Positions 61,226 through 64,000 of a stretch of DNA of 64,000 nt are shown one piece after another. The stretch spans positions 30,504,001 through 30,568,000 of the forward strand of contig OZ249438.1 of the NCBI GenBank assembly GCA_965235115.1, given 5' to 3'. This stretch comes from Laetmonice hystrix (taxonomy: Eukaryota). The first letter of the stretch is position 1, and each line of letters opens with the position of its first letter. The position numbers and the translations under genes are program-made. A model generated the notes under the pieces. It did no database searches and had not been told where the DNA came from. It saw only the letters and a list, made by a program, of their open reading frames with translations.

Positions 61226-62472
61226 TTCTGCCCCTAGATTTACTCGCCAGTCGGAGCATGCCTTCTCACAGCCAGGCCCTCATTGGTAGTAGTCACTGTT
61301 TGTCCCAGACCATGCTGACCATCCTCACCACATGGCCACGCAAACCCTCACCACAACAATACACCCCAAAACAAACCAGATTCTGCCCCTAGATTTACTC
61401 GCCAGTCGGAGCATGCCTTCTCACAGCCAGGCCCTCATTGGTAGTAGTCACTGTTTGTCCCAGACCATGCTGACCATCCTCACCACATGGCCACGCAAAC
61501 CCTCACCACAACAATACACCCCAAAACAAACCAGATTCTGCCCCTAGATTTACTCGCCAGTCGGAGCATGCCTTCTCACAGCCAGGCCCTCATTGGTAGT
61601 AGTCACTGTTTGTCCCAGACCATGCTGACCATCCTCACCACATGGCCACGCAAACCCTCACCACAACAATACACCCCAAAACAAACCAGATTCTGCCCCT
61701 AGATTTACTCGCCAGTCGGAGCATGCCTTCTCACAGCCAGGCCCTCATTGGTAGTAGTCACTGTTTGTCCCAGACCATGCTGACCATCCTCACCACATGG
61801 CCACGCAAACCCTCACCACAACAATACACCCCAAAACAGACCAGATTCTGCCCCTAGATTTACTCGCCAGTCGGAGCATGCCTTCTCACAGCCAGGCCCT
61901 CATTGGTAGTAGTCACTGTTTGTCCCAGACCATGCTGACCATCCTCACCACATGGCCACGCAAACCCTCACCACAACAATACACCCCAAAAAAAACCAGA
62001 TTCTGCCCCTAGATTTACTCGCCAGTCGGAGCATGCCTTCTCACAGCCAGGCCCTCATTGGTAGTAGTCACTGTTTGTCCCAGACCATGCTGACCATCCT
62101 CACCACATGGCCACGCTAACCCTCACCACAACAATACACCCCAAAACAAACCAGATTCTGCCCCTAGATTTACTCGCCAGTCGGAGCTTGCCTTCTCACA
62201 GCCAGGCCCTCATTGGTAGTAGTCACTGTTTGTCCCAGACCATGCTGACCATCCTCACCACATGGCCACGCTAACCCTCACCACAACAATACACCCCAAA
62301 ACAAACCAGATTCTGCCCCTAGATTTACTCGCCAGTCGGAGCATGCCTTAAATAATCTCACAGCCAGGCCCTCATTGGTAGTAGTCACTGTTTGTCCCAG
62401 ACCACGCTGACCATCCTCACCACATGGCCACGCTAACCCTCACCACAACAATACACCCCAAAACAAACCAGA
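61226..62472. repeat. Satellite-like array, 155 bp x 8
   Basis: TTCTGCCCCTAGATTTACTCGCCAG...CAAAACAAACCAGA; starts 61226, 61381, 61536, 61691, 61846, 62001, 62156, 62311; the last copy has a 7-nt AAATAAT insertion. Confidence 0.99.
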
Positions 62473-63138
62473 GAGAAAACTGTTTCTCGATCAAGAACGA
62501 ATGCAGTATTTAATCATATTGTTGCCTTTGACTGTGTCATGCCTTTGAACGTTTGTACGCTGATTTCCCAAAGTTGTGGGATGTTCAGAATGGTAGTATA
62601 GGGTGCCATACCCCGATAGTAGGACCTCAGACTGCCACCAGGTGGGGCTGCGATGTAAGGAGATATTATTGCACCCAATGTTTGGATCAATATCTTTATA
62701 TCAAAGAGTAGACAATGACAGGTGAGAGGCGACATGACAGATGGTGGAGTTGTTGTTTGATAAAACAAACACGAGTATCGTTTTGTCTCCCAGATACTGC
62801 TATCTCTTACCGTCATTATCACCCAGTCGGCTGTACATGTTTCCCGCCAGACAAACAGTACAGCGAGGGTCTCTCAAGATAAGATAAGAGATTTAAAAGG
62901 TGGGGATATTATCCTCAGTTTGTTCTGCAGGATCTTTATGATTGAGTTTCAAAGTTCGCTATGTTCGAAATTACTCCTCAGGTTTCAGCTTTCATCAGGT
63001 TGCCCCTGAGAACGCCAGATTTAGGTCATATTGTAAATGTGATCCAAGCCGAATTCCAAAGTTTCTTGTTCACTTATTACTGAATACGTAATGATTGCAC
63101 ATTTGACATGTCACTTGGCCAGAAATGAAGATTTTCAC

Positions 63139-63216
63139 CATAATGAGGAGTTAGTATGTGTTCATAATGTGGAGTTAGGATGTGTTCATAATGAGGAGTT
63201 AATATGTATGTGTTCA
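63139..63216. repeat. Tandem repeat, 24 bp x about 3
   Basis: CATAATG(A/T)GGAGTTAG(T/G)ATGTGTT starting at 63139, 63163, 63187. Confidence 0.85.
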
Positions 63217-64000
63217 CATTACCTATGTAAGTGTAGGTATTTCAGCTAAACATTTCAGTCTTCAGGTGTAAATAACTATTAACAGATTATTGTTATCATC
63301 ACAGCTTTCTTTAACTGACTTATCCTTGGTATTACGACACTACCTCCCAACGTGAGGAGAGGCACTGGGCCCGAGTCTGACGTAGTGGGACCGAGAGACG
63401 ATTCCCACGGTCCTGTGTCTGTAGTAGTAGGCAGAGATGATCCACATCCTGATAGAGACAGACAACCTGACAGCCAGCCATAACACTAATAATATGTACA
63501 TATATAGTGTTGTCTGATAATTGGCTCTCCGTTATTTGTTGTGTCATGGCCCACGTGCTCGTCACCATCCATGAAGTGACCTCATTCCCAGATACTTTGC
63601 CCAAGCTTTTTTCTTCATGCCCGTTATCATTTTCTCTGTGTAAACAAGTAAAAAGCACAACAGATGAACTGGATGAGAATAAGGACACGGCTACCACTTT
63701 TTAAGTCTGTCACTCATTTAGACTAATGATATGTCCCCTGTTGTATCATCGGTTGTATTAGCATGCACCCAGTAGTGCAGTTTCTGAAAAAAATTGACAT
63801 CCATTCTTTGATGGCCACATTGAGGAGTTTGTTTGCCTTCAAATTTCTCTGCGGGGGAAGGGATAAAGAGCTCATGGTGAAAGAAAGTGGAAAAAAATAA
63901 AAATGGCAATTAAGACAGTTATTTGCTGTCAGTTGTGATACTGGCAGTGGTATTGATGACTGGGGCGAGGGGAGAGCATGTAGTGCAGTCCGTACGACTG

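Noticed and set aside
61174-62012. Repeated 71-aa ORFs (MATQTLTT...)
   Set aside because: They recur because of the 155-bp tandem unit, which is not a multiple of 3; no coding signature.
43381-62472. CRISPR-like appearance of the hairpin-containing arrays
   Set aside because: Units are contiguous near-identical copies with no unique spacers, there are no cas ORFs, and the context is a spliceosomal intron.

Overview
Eukaryotic, probably invertebrate bilaterian, genomic DNA; the species cannot be determined from the sequence. The whole window lies inside one + strand gene, the INO80 chromatin-remodelling ATPase. Four coding exons of its C-terminal helicase (HELICc) region are present: 11836-11963, 28685-28852, 29391-29549 and 39602-39704. 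All have canonical AG/GT boundaries and compatible phases. The introns are 16.7 kb, 0.54 kb and 10.1 kb, and the flanking introns run past both window edges (>11.8 kb upstream and apparently >24 kb downstream, with a 188-nt N gap at 52801-52988). The introns hold many decayed CR1/L2-type LINE tails, one Tx1/L1-like fragment, several short inverted-repeat (MITE-like) elements, about a dozen unrelated near-perfect minisatellite arrays (almost all after 40 kb), about 20 long G/C homopolymers, and several strong CTCF-like motifs. I found no rRNA, tRNA, CRISPR array or prokaryotic system, and no second gene I can support. The most unusual items are a 273-bp hairpin-rich insertion with asymmetric ends, flanked by CCGG and caught inside a tandem array; the cluster of young integer-copy arrays; and a TAG...CTA hairpin element. 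All homology calls are from recalled motifs, not database searches.
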